Source: Protoeuglena noctilucae (taxonomy: Eukaryota). Taken from it: a stretch of DNA of 64,000 nt. Numbering within the stretch: the first letter of the stretch is position 1; every line of letters starts with the position of its first letter. The stretch spans positions 1,116,001-1,180,000 of the forward strand of contig OY253668.1 of the NCBI GenBank assembly GCA_958009085.1, given 5' to 3'. A program made the position numbers and the translations under genes. Positions 22,663 to 34,600 of this stretch are shown piece after piece. Under the pieces are notes generated by a model. It saw only the letters and a list, made by a program, of their open reading frames with translations. It searched no databases and was not told the origin of the DNA.

Positions 22663-24262
22663 TCACTGCTGCTTGCACTCGGCGGGCTTCTCTTGCCCCG
22701 CGTTGCCCTTCGCCCCGTCGTCCTCCTCATCGTCGTCGTCCTCGTCCTCGTCCTCAGGGTCCCGGGCCTCACGACCTGGCGAGCATGGCAGGGGCGCGCG
22801 TGGGGCACCACCAACTCCCCCCGCGGAACTAGGACGGGCAGAACACCGCCCCGTTGCCCTCGGCAAGATAACGCAGTTGTTGTTTCTCTCCACGGTGGGG
22901 TCAGAAACTTACCAGGTACAAACAGAGTTCGTCATCGGGCAACGGGGCGACGGGGAGCGCTCAGGGAAGAATTGTGACGTCTCGGGAGCCAGAGGCCCCT
23001 CCGACATGTCTAAGTATCCTGCATTTCCGTCATCACGGCGCTCCCCGCCCAGTCATCGCGAGTCGCACGGCGCAGGCGGCTGTCAGCGGCCCCACCTTCC
23101 TCGCCCTCCTCGTCGTCGTCATCGTCGTCGTCCTCCATGTCCTCCAGCGCCTCCCCCGTGAACCACTTCACGGCGTTGGGGATGACCTCGTCGCGGATGG
23201 TCGTGCCCACGTCGTAGTGCTGCTCCAGCTCCATCTGCAGCTCCTCCATCTCGTCCTCGTCGGGCGCGTCGGCCATATCGGGGATCTGCGGGCCCAGCGG
23301 CGCCCAGGGTGCGGGTCAGCCCCGGAGGCCTGCACTGGCACGAGCCACAATGCAAGCGCTTGCGACCGCACCCGGGGCGGGTTGAAGAAGTTGAAGAAGC
23401 TGTCGGCCTTCTCCGTCTTGAACTGCGTCTTGCCCTTCTTCCCCTTCTTCTTCATCAGCTTCATCGTGATGTCCTTCCCCGCCGCCCACTCGATCTTGGT
23501 CCCCGTGCACTGCGCCAGCATGTCCTCGTCCTCCTCGGCCATCTCGTACGTCTTCTCCAGCACCGTGTTGGTGAAGTGCTCGTTCGGCGCAAACTCGAAG
23601 ACGAGTTTGAACCCCGGCGTCCCTTCCAACTTCTCGTCCTTGACGCTCCGGAGGTACTTGAGCACGTCGTGGTCCTTCTCGCCCATCATGGAAGCCACCT
23701 CGGGGTGATTGCGCAGGCACACGTACCAAAACTCGGGAACCCCGCGCACGTCGCCGTCCGCGCCCTGCACCTCCTCCGCCCCGTCCACAATCCTCTGCGC
23801 GCGCGCGGGAGGGCCACAACATTGCATCGCCCGCACGCTTCTTAGGGCGGCGCGCCCCGCGCCCGGCCGGCCCCGCGACCCCCGCACTTCTCGCCTGCCT
23901 GCGCTCGTACAGCGGCGTCATCAAGTTGCGATACTTCTCCTCCAGCGCCCGCGCCTCCTTCTCGTACTCCTCCTCCAGCCCATCGTGCTCCTCCTGGATC
24001 TCACGCAGCACCTGCGGCACACAGTCCAAAGACAGGTTACTCGATGCACAGGCTCGGTGCGAGCACGCGGGCACGCGGCGGGCAGGCCTGGGCTAAGCCT
24101 GACCTCGACACGCTGCTTGACGGCCTCGGGCAGGCCCTCGAAGTGCTGCTTGGCGAGGCCCGAGTCCATGCCCTGGATGTCGTTCAGCCGCTGCGCGATC
24201 ATCTCCTGGAACGCCGGGTTGCCCATCATGGCGTTTAGGTCGGCCTGGCGCCCGCCTGCCAT
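22663..24262 (-). CDS. NAP1: Nucleosome assembly protein 1 (histone chaperone)
   Basis: [70 protein letters not shown], acidic tail and C-terminal CaaX box CKQQ. Last intron is 22776-23095. Confidence 0.96.
22847..22949 (-). ncRNA. Intronic box C/D snoRNA with two guides (LSU A2640-equivalent and 18S U1206-equivalent)
   Basis: 13-bp perfect terminal stem (22847-22859/22937-22949). Box C ATGACGA (22935-22929), D' CTGA (22904-22901), D CCGA (22863-22860). Guides are antisense to the conserved rRNA sequences AAGATAACGCAG (LSU) and AAACTTACCAGGT (18S). Same strand as the host NAP1 intron. Confidence 0.88.
22951..23047 (-). ncRNA. Intronic box C/D snoRNA (D' guide to the 18S 5' region; D guide target not recognised)
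   Basis: 10-bp perfect terminal stem (22951-22960/23038-23047). Canonical box C GTGATGA (23036-23030) and box D CTGA (22964-22961). A 13-nt antisense to 18S CATGTCTAAGTAT precedes a D'-like CGGA. Confidence 0.82.
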
Positions 24263-25134
24263 CGTCTGGTGCCTGCAAGACGTAGCGCGGGAAGGGCACT
24301 CGGTGCGGGGCGGGGAGCGCAGGTACGGGGGATCCTCGTCACGGTATGCGGCAGAGACGCATGAAAAGGGCGCTGGGGGCGCCCAGGTTGCGAAAGAGGG
24401 TCGGGTCGCGCCCTGCTGGGCCTCGCACACAGCCTTGCCGCCGCTCCCCCGCCCGGCGGGCCGCGCATTCCCCGGATCAAGAGCCAGGCAACTCCATCAT
24501 GCAGTTGATACGCGTGTGGAATTGATCGCCTCATGCACAGGGCACGGCGGGCCCCAGAGCGGCGCAGGAGCCAACCCTGGCCAAGGCGGCGTTCGTAGAG
24601 CGGGGCGCGCCCTGGCGGTGGGCTGGGATCCAGCCTCAGAGCACATGGACGAGATCAATACCAGCAACTTCCGAACATCGCGAGGAGGGCAGGCGACGCG
24701 CTCCTTCCGTTTCGGCGCCAAAAAGGGGCCGCAGACCGCCCCGGGCCTCAGAGACGCCTCCGGAAACGCGGACGCAACAACGCCCGATCCCAAATTGCAA
24801 GTTACGCGACGCACAGGGTCCGTGGCGCGGCAGGGAGCTGGGGCGGCGCCGCACCTCGGACTTTCGCCGGTGTTCCGGCAATGGATTCGCCTCCGGGTCT
24901 CCCAGCCGCGACTGGATGTGAGGAATACTGTTGGGACGGCAATGCGCCACCCGGTTGCAGAGATCGTCGGCAAGGGGCTGCTCCTGGCGCTTCAGGGCAA
25001 TGCAAAATTCAGGCATATGCGCCACAGCGAAGATTAGGCCGTCACACAGGCGGCTAGACTACGCCGTACTCCACGCGACTCGTTGCAAGGGGCGCCGACC
25101 TCACGCGCGGCGGAGGGGCACGCTACAGCCGGCG

Positions 25135-27959
25135 CTAGAGCTGGTTCTCCAGGGCTGAGTACTCGATCTTGAAGTCTTGCTTGACGCGGTAGCACCAGCC
25201 GCCCTCGGCAGAGTCGTCCCTGTTGATGTTATAGTCGAAATAGACGTATGAACCGCGCTCGTAATCGTCCGTGATCTGCGCAGAGGGGAGGCGGACGTGA
25301 GCGGCCAGGGCGGCGCCAAATGTGCTGGGCAATGGCAACTGCGGGCTCTCACCTCGACGGGACAGTCGTGCCGCTGGAACCAGGCCTGGTGGAGCATGTG
25401 GAAGCGCCAGCTCTGCCGCTTCAGCTCCTTGGCCGCCAGGTACTGCTGGTACGTGCCGACCTGCGCAAGTAAGCGCCCGACGCGTGGGCGCAGACCCACG
25501 CGGGCAAGTCGGGGCGGCCTGCTGTGGCGGGCGATGCACGATGCACGCACCTGGAAGTAGAAAGCGAAGAAGAGCGCCTCGGGGTCCAGGCGCTCAAACA
25601 GCGCGGCCTGGTCCACCAGGGGCGCCTTCTGGGTCGGGTACGAGGGTGGGATGTTCTGCGCCAGCTGCTTGGGACGCTGCGGCTTCTGCACCCAGTCCGA
25701 GTCCTGGGGCTTGGGCACCCCCGCCGAAAAGACGTCGTGCAGAATCTGGAGAGCCTGCGGGGAGAGAGGTGGCTGGTGTGAGCTTGACCCGCCCTGACAC
25801 CCAGACCTTCCGAGACACGGCACACGCGCCGCCCCTTGCCCGCCTCGCCGTCTGCGGGGTCGGCATCAGCGCCGGTGGCAGCTGAGGGACCAGACCCGGC
25901 CCGCCTGGGCCGGGGCCCTCCCCAGTCCCCTTGCTTGCCGAGGCCCCGTCGGGCCCGCCCCCTTGGCCCGGGGCAGTGCCCGTCCCCAGCCCCGCCGACC
26001 GCGGACCGTCTCCCTGGTCCACGAGATCCCCAATCGAGTCGACCAGGCTGTCCACCCCGTCCTGCGCCTCCCGCCCCGCGCCCTGCCCCGCCCCAATCGG
26101 CGGCTGCATGCTCCCATGCTGCGAGTTGGGCTGCTGCACCTGCGCGTCATGCACGCTGACCGAAGCGGCGCGCGCCACGTCCGCGCTGGCGCCGGTCCCT
26201 GCTGCGCTCGCCGCAGCCGCTCCCGACACCGATGCCGGCGATGACATCTGCTTCAGCGGCCCCGAGTCGCCCTTCCCCGGCGTCCCCGGCGCCGTCGCGA
26301 CCTTGCCGAGCTGCGCGGTTTGCGCCGGCGACGTCGCCCCATCCAGGGACTTGGGCGCCGGCCCCGGCGCGTCGTCCTGCAAGATTCAGGAAGCGACACC
26401 GTTGACACCCAGTGGCTCCGCCGAGCTGCGTGCGCAGCCTCAGGCCCTGCAGCGCCAGGCTCACCTTGCCCTGCGTGCTGGGCCGCGCATTCTTCTTGGG
26501 CGTGCTCGCCACCACCGCCGACGCGGCCCCCGACGGCGTGGTCGGCTCGTCCAGGACCTTGACCCCCGCGATCTGGGCCTTGGCTGCCTGCGCGGCTGCC
26601 CGCTCCTTCTCCCGCTTCCGCTTCTCCTCCTGCGGTCATCAACAGCCCAGCAGCCACGGCTCGCACGCACGCCACGACCCTGTTGCATGCGGTCCGCCCT
26701 CCGCCCGCGCCAGCACCCGCCGCACCTCCTCAGCCCTCCTGGAGTCGTCCTCGTCTTTGGCCCCCGGGGCCCCCGTGGCCCCCACCACGTCTCGCGCCAC
26801 CGACTCGAGCTGGTCCTTGATGTGGTCGTAGATGTCCATGCCATCGCCGTAGATCGACAGGGCCTCCTCGACGTTGTCGGCGCACGCGTCCACGAACTCC
26901 TTGATGTCCGTCACGTCCTCCACCGAAATGCCGCCGTTCTCCAGGCACCGCAGGCACTGCGGGGCGGGGGCGGCGGGGCGCGGTGCAGCCTTCGCACGCT
27001 CGCGAAGCTGCAAGAGGCGCCCCACCGGCCGGTCCCGAGCGCGCGCACCAGCTCGAGCTTCGCGACGTGGAACTTGTTGCGCTTGCGCGAGTCCTCCAAC
27101 TGCGCAATGCGCTCCAGGTCCTGGCTCTTCTTGTTCCGCGCATACTCGTCGTCGATCTCGGCCTCGCAGATCTCGACCTCGCTCGTCAGGCGCTCGCAGG
27201 CCTCGGCAATCCACTCGCGCATGGCCGCGCGGGGGTCGTCGGCGCCCGCGCGCGACAGGCCCTCCTTGCTGAAGGCCTTCGTCTTGAGCTCCTTCTCCGT
27301 GGCCTTGAACTGCTCCATCTTGCGCTCGATGCGCTTGCGGGCCTCGATGAGGCTGGTCTTGTCCTTGATCTCCGAGTTGCCCATCCATGTCTTCACGCTG
27401 TCCCGGAAGCGCTGGAGCTTCTTAATCTCCTTCTTGAGCTCGGCCTCATACTTGTCCTTCTGGCTCTGGTGGTCCGTCGCGTGCAGCTGCGGGGGCGTGG
27501 CCAGTCAGCAGGGCTGTGGGCGGCCCCCGGCGCGAATGCAGCGCCCCCTGACACGCGGAGTCGGGGGTCAGGCAAACCATCGTTACGCGACGGGCCAGCG
27601 AGGCCCGCTCATGTCCACCACGGCCCCCACACCGCAGCAAACGCGTGGCGCTTCGCCGTGACGGCCGCAGAGCCCCCCTGGCAAGCGCCTTTGCTCGCGA
27701 GGCTCCTTGACTCGCCAGGCGTTCGCATCGTCCACGGAGGCACGACGCGGCCGCGAGGCGGCGGCAGACGGTGGTGCGCTCAAACGGCGTGGAACAGAAC
27801 GGGTTTCCAGGAAGCTGTACCCCTCCCCCGGCCTCCCCCGCAGGCTTCCCCGTGCATAGACGTCACCTTCTCCCAGATGTCTTCGAAGACGACCACTCCC
27901 TCGTCGATCTTCTTCAGAGTCCGATCGATCTCCGCAAGGAGCTTCCTCAACGCGCTCAT
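25135..27959 (-). CDS. NOT3: CCR4-NOT complex subunit NOT3/CNOT3
   Basis: [31 protein letters not shown]|...[39 protein letters not shown]-terminal NOT box [27 protein letters not shown]...YVYFDY...W..RVK..F..EY..LE. Confidence 0.96.
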
Positions 27960-28243
27960 CTCAGCCTTCTCAACAATAACATGTTGCGCTGCGGCAGCGC
28001 GGGTCCCCCTGGGTCACAGCGGAGCCTCGAAGGCAGCCCTGAAAAACGACAGGCTTTTCCGCTACACTTGCGGGTACCAGAGCTCTTGAAGGAAGTTTCA
28101 CTCGCGAGGAATGCCACAGCTTAACCCCAGGCCGCCTGAGGGCTTGGGGACCGACACGGGGCTCTCGGGCTCTCTAGCATCGTGCTCTAGCGCTGCTAGT
28201 CCACCGATCCCACCATAGCTAAGGTCATATCACGCAAACGTGG

Positions 28244-30614
28244 CTATTTCTTCACGACATACGTCTGATTGATGTTCATCGTGATGTTGCCGGTGGTGCG
28301 GGCCTCGATGCTGGCCGTGAGGACGGGCGTCGCCGGGACGCCCACAAAGCCGCCGCTGCGGGGGGGGGGGGGGGGGGGGGGGGGGGGCGAGGATCGCCGT
28401 GTGCACCCCGCTGCTTCCTGAGACGGCAGCGGGACTCCTCGACCCTGGCCGCTCACCAGATGTTGCCCTTGCGCTCGTTGGACCCGGCGTTGTACTGGGT
28501 CCAGAAGTAGAAGGCCTCGTCGGGGCGCTGGCCGAAGTTCTTCGTGGACGTCAGCTTGGTCTGCACGTTGTTGGAGCTCCCGTCCAGCTGGATGGGGTAG
28601 CTGCCCACGGGCGCCTGGTCGACGTTGATGGCGAGCGTGCCCGAGGCCGTCTTGAGGTCGTAGTCGCCCACGTAGGTCGTGCAGGCCGTCTGCGTAAACT
28701 CCACATTGCCCACCTTGATGTAGGCCGTGATGTTGCCCGCGTAGACCTGGCTGATGGTCAGGGCCGGCTTGCCCCCGTTATCGGCGCCCTGCGTGTCGAT
28801 CGTCAGCGTCCCCGGGACCTTGTCGCACAGCATGACGGCCGTGCCGTACTGTGCCGTCTGCGGGAACCCCGGCTGGTACACGACGCCCTCCTTGCAGTTG
28901 GCGTCGCCCGTCTCCAGGTGCACGTCCGACACGAACACCAGGGCGCCGTCCTTGGTACCCGACAGGAAGATCTGGTGCCCCGACATGTTGGTCGCGTTGA
29001 TGGTCCCGTTCCCCGTCTGGAACACGAGCTTCTCGCCCACGGCACCGGCCACCGTGATGGGGCCGTCCGAGTTCTGCACGTTCAGCTGCTTGACGTTCGC
29101 CTGGGACACCGAGTCCTTCACGTCGAGCGCCTGGGCCTTGTCCACGTTCACGGTCACTGCGGGGGCAGCGCACCCAGTGCATGGGCGGCGCAGATTGCAG
29201 CAGGTCGAGGCACCCGCTGAGACGGGTCCCCGGCGCCGCACCTGTGGTGTCCTGGAGCATACACGCCCCCGGCAGCGTGATTGTCACGTCCGCACGCTGG
29301 CAGTGGAACTGCCCCGTCCTGCGAAGGAGGGAGCGCCAGTTGACATCGGCACACGGCACGCGTGGCGCAGGCGCGACGACCCGGGCGGCCAGCCCCGCAC
29401 CTCTTGTTGTTCGTTTCGCTGGCCATCTTCATCTGCGTCCGCCGCTCCGACACGGCAGCCGCCCCCTCGCCTGCCGTGAACGTCAGGTCCTCGAACGTCC
29501 AATCAGTCATCCCGTAAATGGCCGACTGCGTTGGCAGAGACGCGGGAACGCACTTCCAGCCCGGCACCGGCGCACGGTAGGCTTTGCAAGCAGGCGCGGC
29601 CGCAGCGTGCCTTGGTCAGCGCCCGGTTCGTCACGTCGACCTTGACATACGTCACGTCCGTGCTGTTGACGGCCGTGATGGTCGCGGAGCCGTACGCGGC
29701 CGTGTACTGCGCCAGATCCAGCTTCGGCCCTGTCACCGTCATCATCTTCGTGACCCCCCCGGCGTTGGTCGTCGCCCCCGGCTCCTTTCCCGTCGGGTTC
29801 GCGACCCACGTCGAGTTGGTGTACTTGAAGTCGATGTTGTAGATGAACGTCTCGGTGTACGAGTAGGTCGGGAACCGGCACTTCTCCTGCCACCTGGGGA
29901 GGGGGACGGGGCGGGCCGCACTTCGTCGATTGCTGACGATGGCTTGGTGTGCCCCAACGCAGCCGCACGGTGCCGGGCCTGCAAACTCACCATAGGATGT
30001 ATCCGCCCACGGCCATGAGCGCACAGAGCACGGCACCCATGACGAACATGGCGATGAGGATGCCGAGCTCGATGCGCCTCCTGCAGTTGCGGGAAAGGGG
30101 TCGGGGCTCAGGTCTGCCGGCGTCTGCCATGCAAAAGGACACGTCCTCGCGCGCGCGTGCCCCTCACTTGTGCCTTTTGAGCAGCAGCATCGTACGCTGC
30201 ACGGTGCGCCCCGCCATGCCGTGCCTCCGCTTGGCCACATAGTCTGTGCGGTCCTGGTACACGAGCGGCGTTCTGCAGACAGGAAGGGTCGCGCAAGTCA
30301 GCAAAGCACGCACAGGGTGTGGGACCTGGAAGGTTCCTTTGGGGACGCAGCGCTCACTTGTCCTCCTGGCCCCGGGCCTCGTCCTTCATCATGTACCCAT
30401 CCCCGATGCTGACCATCCCCGTGGGAGCGTGAGTGATCCTAGCGCTTCTGCAGAGCCAGGAGAGGGGGCTGAGCGATGGCACAGCGTAGGGCGCAGGCAT
30501 GCAGCCTCACTCGCACGGCGCGCTCCCTCACCTGTCCGTGAGCGGGTCGGGTCTCCCTCCCTCCGGCCCCTGGCGCTGCCGCACCTGCTGCTGCGTCGCG
30601 GTGGTAGCGAGCAT
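28244..30614 (-). CDS. Type II single-pass membrane protein with a Thr/Asn/Gly-rich beta-strand ectodomain (DUF4097/adhesin-like)
   Basis: 8 exons splice in frame: basic cytosolic N-terminus, TM helix ILIAMFVMGAVLCALMAVGGYILW, then beta-rich repeats such as VQNSDGPITV, FQTGNGTINA, LKTASGTLAI and ARTTGNITM. Several N-x-S/T sequons. The domain label is an inference. Confidence 0.7.
28360..28387. repeat. G28 homopolymer (C28 polypyrimidine tract of a minus-strand intron)
   Basis: 28 consecutive G; on the minus strand the C run directly precedes the gcag acceptor of the last intron of the 28244-30614 gene. Confidence 0.95.
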
Positions 30615-31644
30615 GTGCCAGGCTCGAGCTAGCTGCCTAAACTACGGCGCGGTCCCAGCTGTCGCGGCCCTGCAGCGGGCACGGGCCGCGAGGGCCCGCC
30701 ACACCCGTGGCGCGGTCCTAGCTGCAAGCGGTTGTTAGTCTGCGACCCGGTCAGGCGCTGGCGGTAGGCCAGCGCGTCCAGACGCAAGACTAGAGGCGCA
30801 CAGGGCTTGACAGATGCGCCTTTGCAGGCACGCGTGTCACCCACGCTGCGGAGGACAGGAGGGGGTTTTCCAGTTCATCGACGGCCCAGTCACCCACAGG
30901 GGAACTGTTGGAAACAAGCAAACACGACCCGGTCGAACACACGCACGCGTGGGTGCCTGGCGCCGCGACAGCAGCTGCGAGTGCGGTACGCGCGGTCGAC
31001 CCTCGCAACCACTTGGACGTTGCGCCAGTCGCGCTATGTCCGCTGCCTCCAGAAGGGCGCAGCAGCCTCACCATGCCGTTCCGAGGAGCCCACGAGTCAC
31101 TGCTTTGCCGATTTGCGTCACTCATGCACATAAATATGACATGTTTGAGCGGATGGCAGGGCCCGCGAGCAGGACGGCTGCTGTGGTGCCAGACTTGGGC
31201 CCGCGCGCCAGTGCGCGCCAATCGCCGCAATCACGCGCTGAGCTGGGCCATCCGGACAATCACTTCAACTCTCAGTCTCCGCACGCAAAGCGCCGGCTCG
31301 TGCAACTGTGCAACCCGTGCGCAGGGGCCCCTCTTCTTCAGCGCATGTGGGTGCGGGGACCAACCCAGTAGGGCCTCTATCATGACAGTCGTTTGCTTTG
31401 CACCACTCATTGTCGTAACTTGAGACCGACTGGGCGTGTCGCCTTGCGGCCTAAGTGGACTGGAGCTCGCGGCTTACGCATACCTTCTCTTTCTCGGTCG
31501 TGCGCGCCGGCATTTGCTCTTTCCCGGCCAATCCTTCCCTCGCTGATTCGTCGCATACTGTAAATCGCGAGGGAGCCGTCGCTGAACGCTGGCTAGCGCC
31601 GAGCGCGAGCCCAAGGTCCCGCATCAATGTGGCGCATCATGCAT

Positions 31645-34600
31645 ATGGACGACCCCGGCGAGGCGGTCCTCCCGCCCCTCAACAGACAGGTGCATGGGGA
31701 TACCAAAATCCAGCTCCGCTCGCCGGCGTGCGTATGTCCGAGGGATAGTGACTATTTGGACCCGACCGCTGCAGGACAACCGCGGAGGGGCAGATGCCGA
31801 CACCTCGCCCTTCCTGGGACCCGCCGACGTCGGCAGCGGTGTCCTGCCGCGTGACCGGTTCCGACGTCCATCGAATGCGGTCGCTGGCGCCCCCCAACGG
31901 CCCCTCGTGACCCCGCAACACTACGCAATGGCCGGGGCCTTGCCACCGGAGCCTCCAGCGAAGGCGTTCCCGGCGCTGTCGGAGGGCGCAGCGCGAGGTG
32001 AGGTCGCTGCTCCATTGCCCTGGCGACCTGGCCCTCGGCGCCCCGATAACAACCAGCCACGTCCACCATCCCACCTCCATGTCCTGCCCGCAGCCTTGGC
32101 AGCGAGGGTCGTTGAGCTCGAGGAGCGCCTGCGCATGGTCGAGGCCTCTGCCACACGGACCCAAGCCATGGAGTCCCGGCTGATGGCGCTGGAGCGGCGG
32201 GCGCAGGGCGCCGAGCAGGGCAGCCGCGCCGCTGCGACTGCGGTGGACGACGAGGTGAGGCCAGGGCGGCGCACTGCGGACTACCACTGCTCTATCAGTC
32301 CGCCCGCGGTTGTGGCGAGTGCGGGCGCTTGCCACGTTCTCACACGTCTCGTGTCCCCAGGCCCGGAGGATGGACACGCGCGTGGCGGAGATCGCGGCGG
32401 AGTTGGCGCGGTCCCGGCGGGAGTCGTCCGAGGCGAGGATGAAGCAAGAGGCGCTTGCCAGGGAGCTGCACGAGTCGAGGGCAGCAGGTGGGTCGCGACA
32501 TGACATACGCTGGGGAGCACTTTGCACGAAACGGTGCACATGTGTAGCGGTGCCTGCATCAAGTGCACCCACCGCCCACCGCCCTCTCGCAGTGCGCGAC
32601 TTGCAAGCTGAGCTGGCGCGTCTGGCCCAGGTCAGTTCTGAGACGGTCCGCGGGTCCCAGGAGTACGCACGGCAGCGGTTCCTGACGATGGAACAGCAGC
32701 ACCGGGACGCAGTGACCCAGATGGAGCGCCTGCGGGCGGCCGTGGAGGCCGTCCGAGCCGAGTGCGCCGACACGGTCCTGCAGGTGAGCATGGGAGGACG
32801 AGAGGTGCTGGATTTCTCTATGCTGGCGGTGGTGGTGTGGGCACGACGGAGCGTGGCTGGCAAGCAGGGACTGTGTGCTTATCGGCGAGCCTCATTTATG
32901 AGCGTCGCTGCGGTGCAGGTGCGGAGCCGCGTGGAGACCGGCGAGGGTCGCATGGAGCGCATGCGGGAGGTCGAAGTGGAGGTGGTGCAGGCGACGGCGG
33001 AGCAGCTGTCCAAGATGCGCGGGGAGGTGTCGCGCGCCGAGAGCGCCGCGGAGGGCGCCCGCAAGGCTGCGGCCATGGCTGCGGAGGCGACTCGCGCAGA
33101 GGTGGAGAAGCTCGCGGCCCGCATCGCGCAGGCGGAGGCGCAGGCGGAGGCGTCCTGCAAGGCCGCGCTGGTGCAGGCCAACACCAGCGCCGACACCAAG
33201 GCGAGGATCGCATGCTGACGCGTGCTGCGGTCGGCTGCGGTCGTCGGGCCGCTGGGGTGGAGCTCGACGCGACAGTGCCTGGCTGCAGGTGGCGCGCGTG
33301 GAGCGGACGATCGCCGACTTGATCGACGCGGTCAAGGCGAACCAGAGGGCCATCATGCAGGAGGTGACAAAGAAGTCCGAAGCGCTGGCGAGGGCCATGG
33401 CGAGCGACCGCAAGGACATGCAGGACAAGGTGCATGCCGTGGACAAGAGAGCCACGGAGGTCCTCGCGATGGCGCATCGGGCGGAGGATGACGTGGTGAA
33501 GCGCATCGACCGCGCCACACGCGACAACCTCCGCGTCATGGCCGAGTTGCGGACCCTCATCGAGGCCACGGGTGACCACGGGCTTTGGCTGCGGCACAGG
33601 CGCTGGGACACGCGCCTGCGCAACAGGGAGACTTCCACGACCGGCATGATGCTGTCAGTTGGTATTTGATGGGCTGAGAGCGATGGTGGTGATCGTGGGC
33701 CCTGTTGAGCTACTTGCCAGGGTGCCGTTGCTGTGCCGCAGACCACAAGATAGGGCGACAGATGGAGCAGGTCGCGCAGGCCTCGCGGGGCATGCTGACG
33801 GACGCAGAGGAGAGTCAGGAGAGGCGTCGTCGGCAGCTGGAGGAGGTGGTGCGGATGGAGATCCAGGTTAGCCATGTGCCTGGGTCTGCGTGGCTGTGCC
33901 ATGGCGAACAGGTTGATGATGGGTGTCACGTTGGGAGAGACGGAGATAGCTGTGGCAGCCCTGTGCTGTGGACCACGGCTGACATGGTTGCATGTTTGGA
34001 TTCGAACAGCACATTTAACTGCCCCCGCGGCCCCTGCTGCCCCAGGCTCGCATCCGTTCGGACGAGGAGGTCAAGCTGGCCGCGGCCAAGGGGTTTCGAG
34101 AGATTCGGGGTGCGATGCAGCACCTCGGGGAGGCCCTGAAGCGCGAGGTGGCGGAGGCGGCCGAGGGGCTGAGGCAGCAGGTGGACGGGGTCACGACCGA
34201 CCACATGCTTGAGGAGAGCCTCGTGCGTGTCGAGGCAGCTGAGCAGGCGAGGCAACACGAGGCAGATGGTAGCTGTGCTCTGTGTCATGCATCGGTTACC
34301 TTTGGTAGCGGCTGACATGAGGTCGCTGGGATGCGCAGCGCTGACACATGACAGCTGAAGGTGCATGCTGGTGTGCAGGTCCAGGCCGCGGAGGGTCGCT
34401 TGCGCGCCGCTCTGGCGGAGTCGGTGTCGGCGGCAGAGGAGCGGCTGTTGGCGCAGATGGCCACACGGGTGGCAGAGGGGTCCATGGGTGGCGACCGTGT
34501 GGCGGCAGAGGTGGACGCGGTGCGGGGGGCGGTGGAGCAAGTGCGTGCGGTGGCCGACGTGCGGATGGGAGCGCTGGAGGCGCGCCTGGACCGCGCTATG

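Noticed and set aside
30629..31640. Short ORFs between the divergent membrane-protein and coiled-coil genes
   Set aside because: They have no recognisable motifs and I could not splice them in frame to either neighbour. Probably UTR or promoter sequence.
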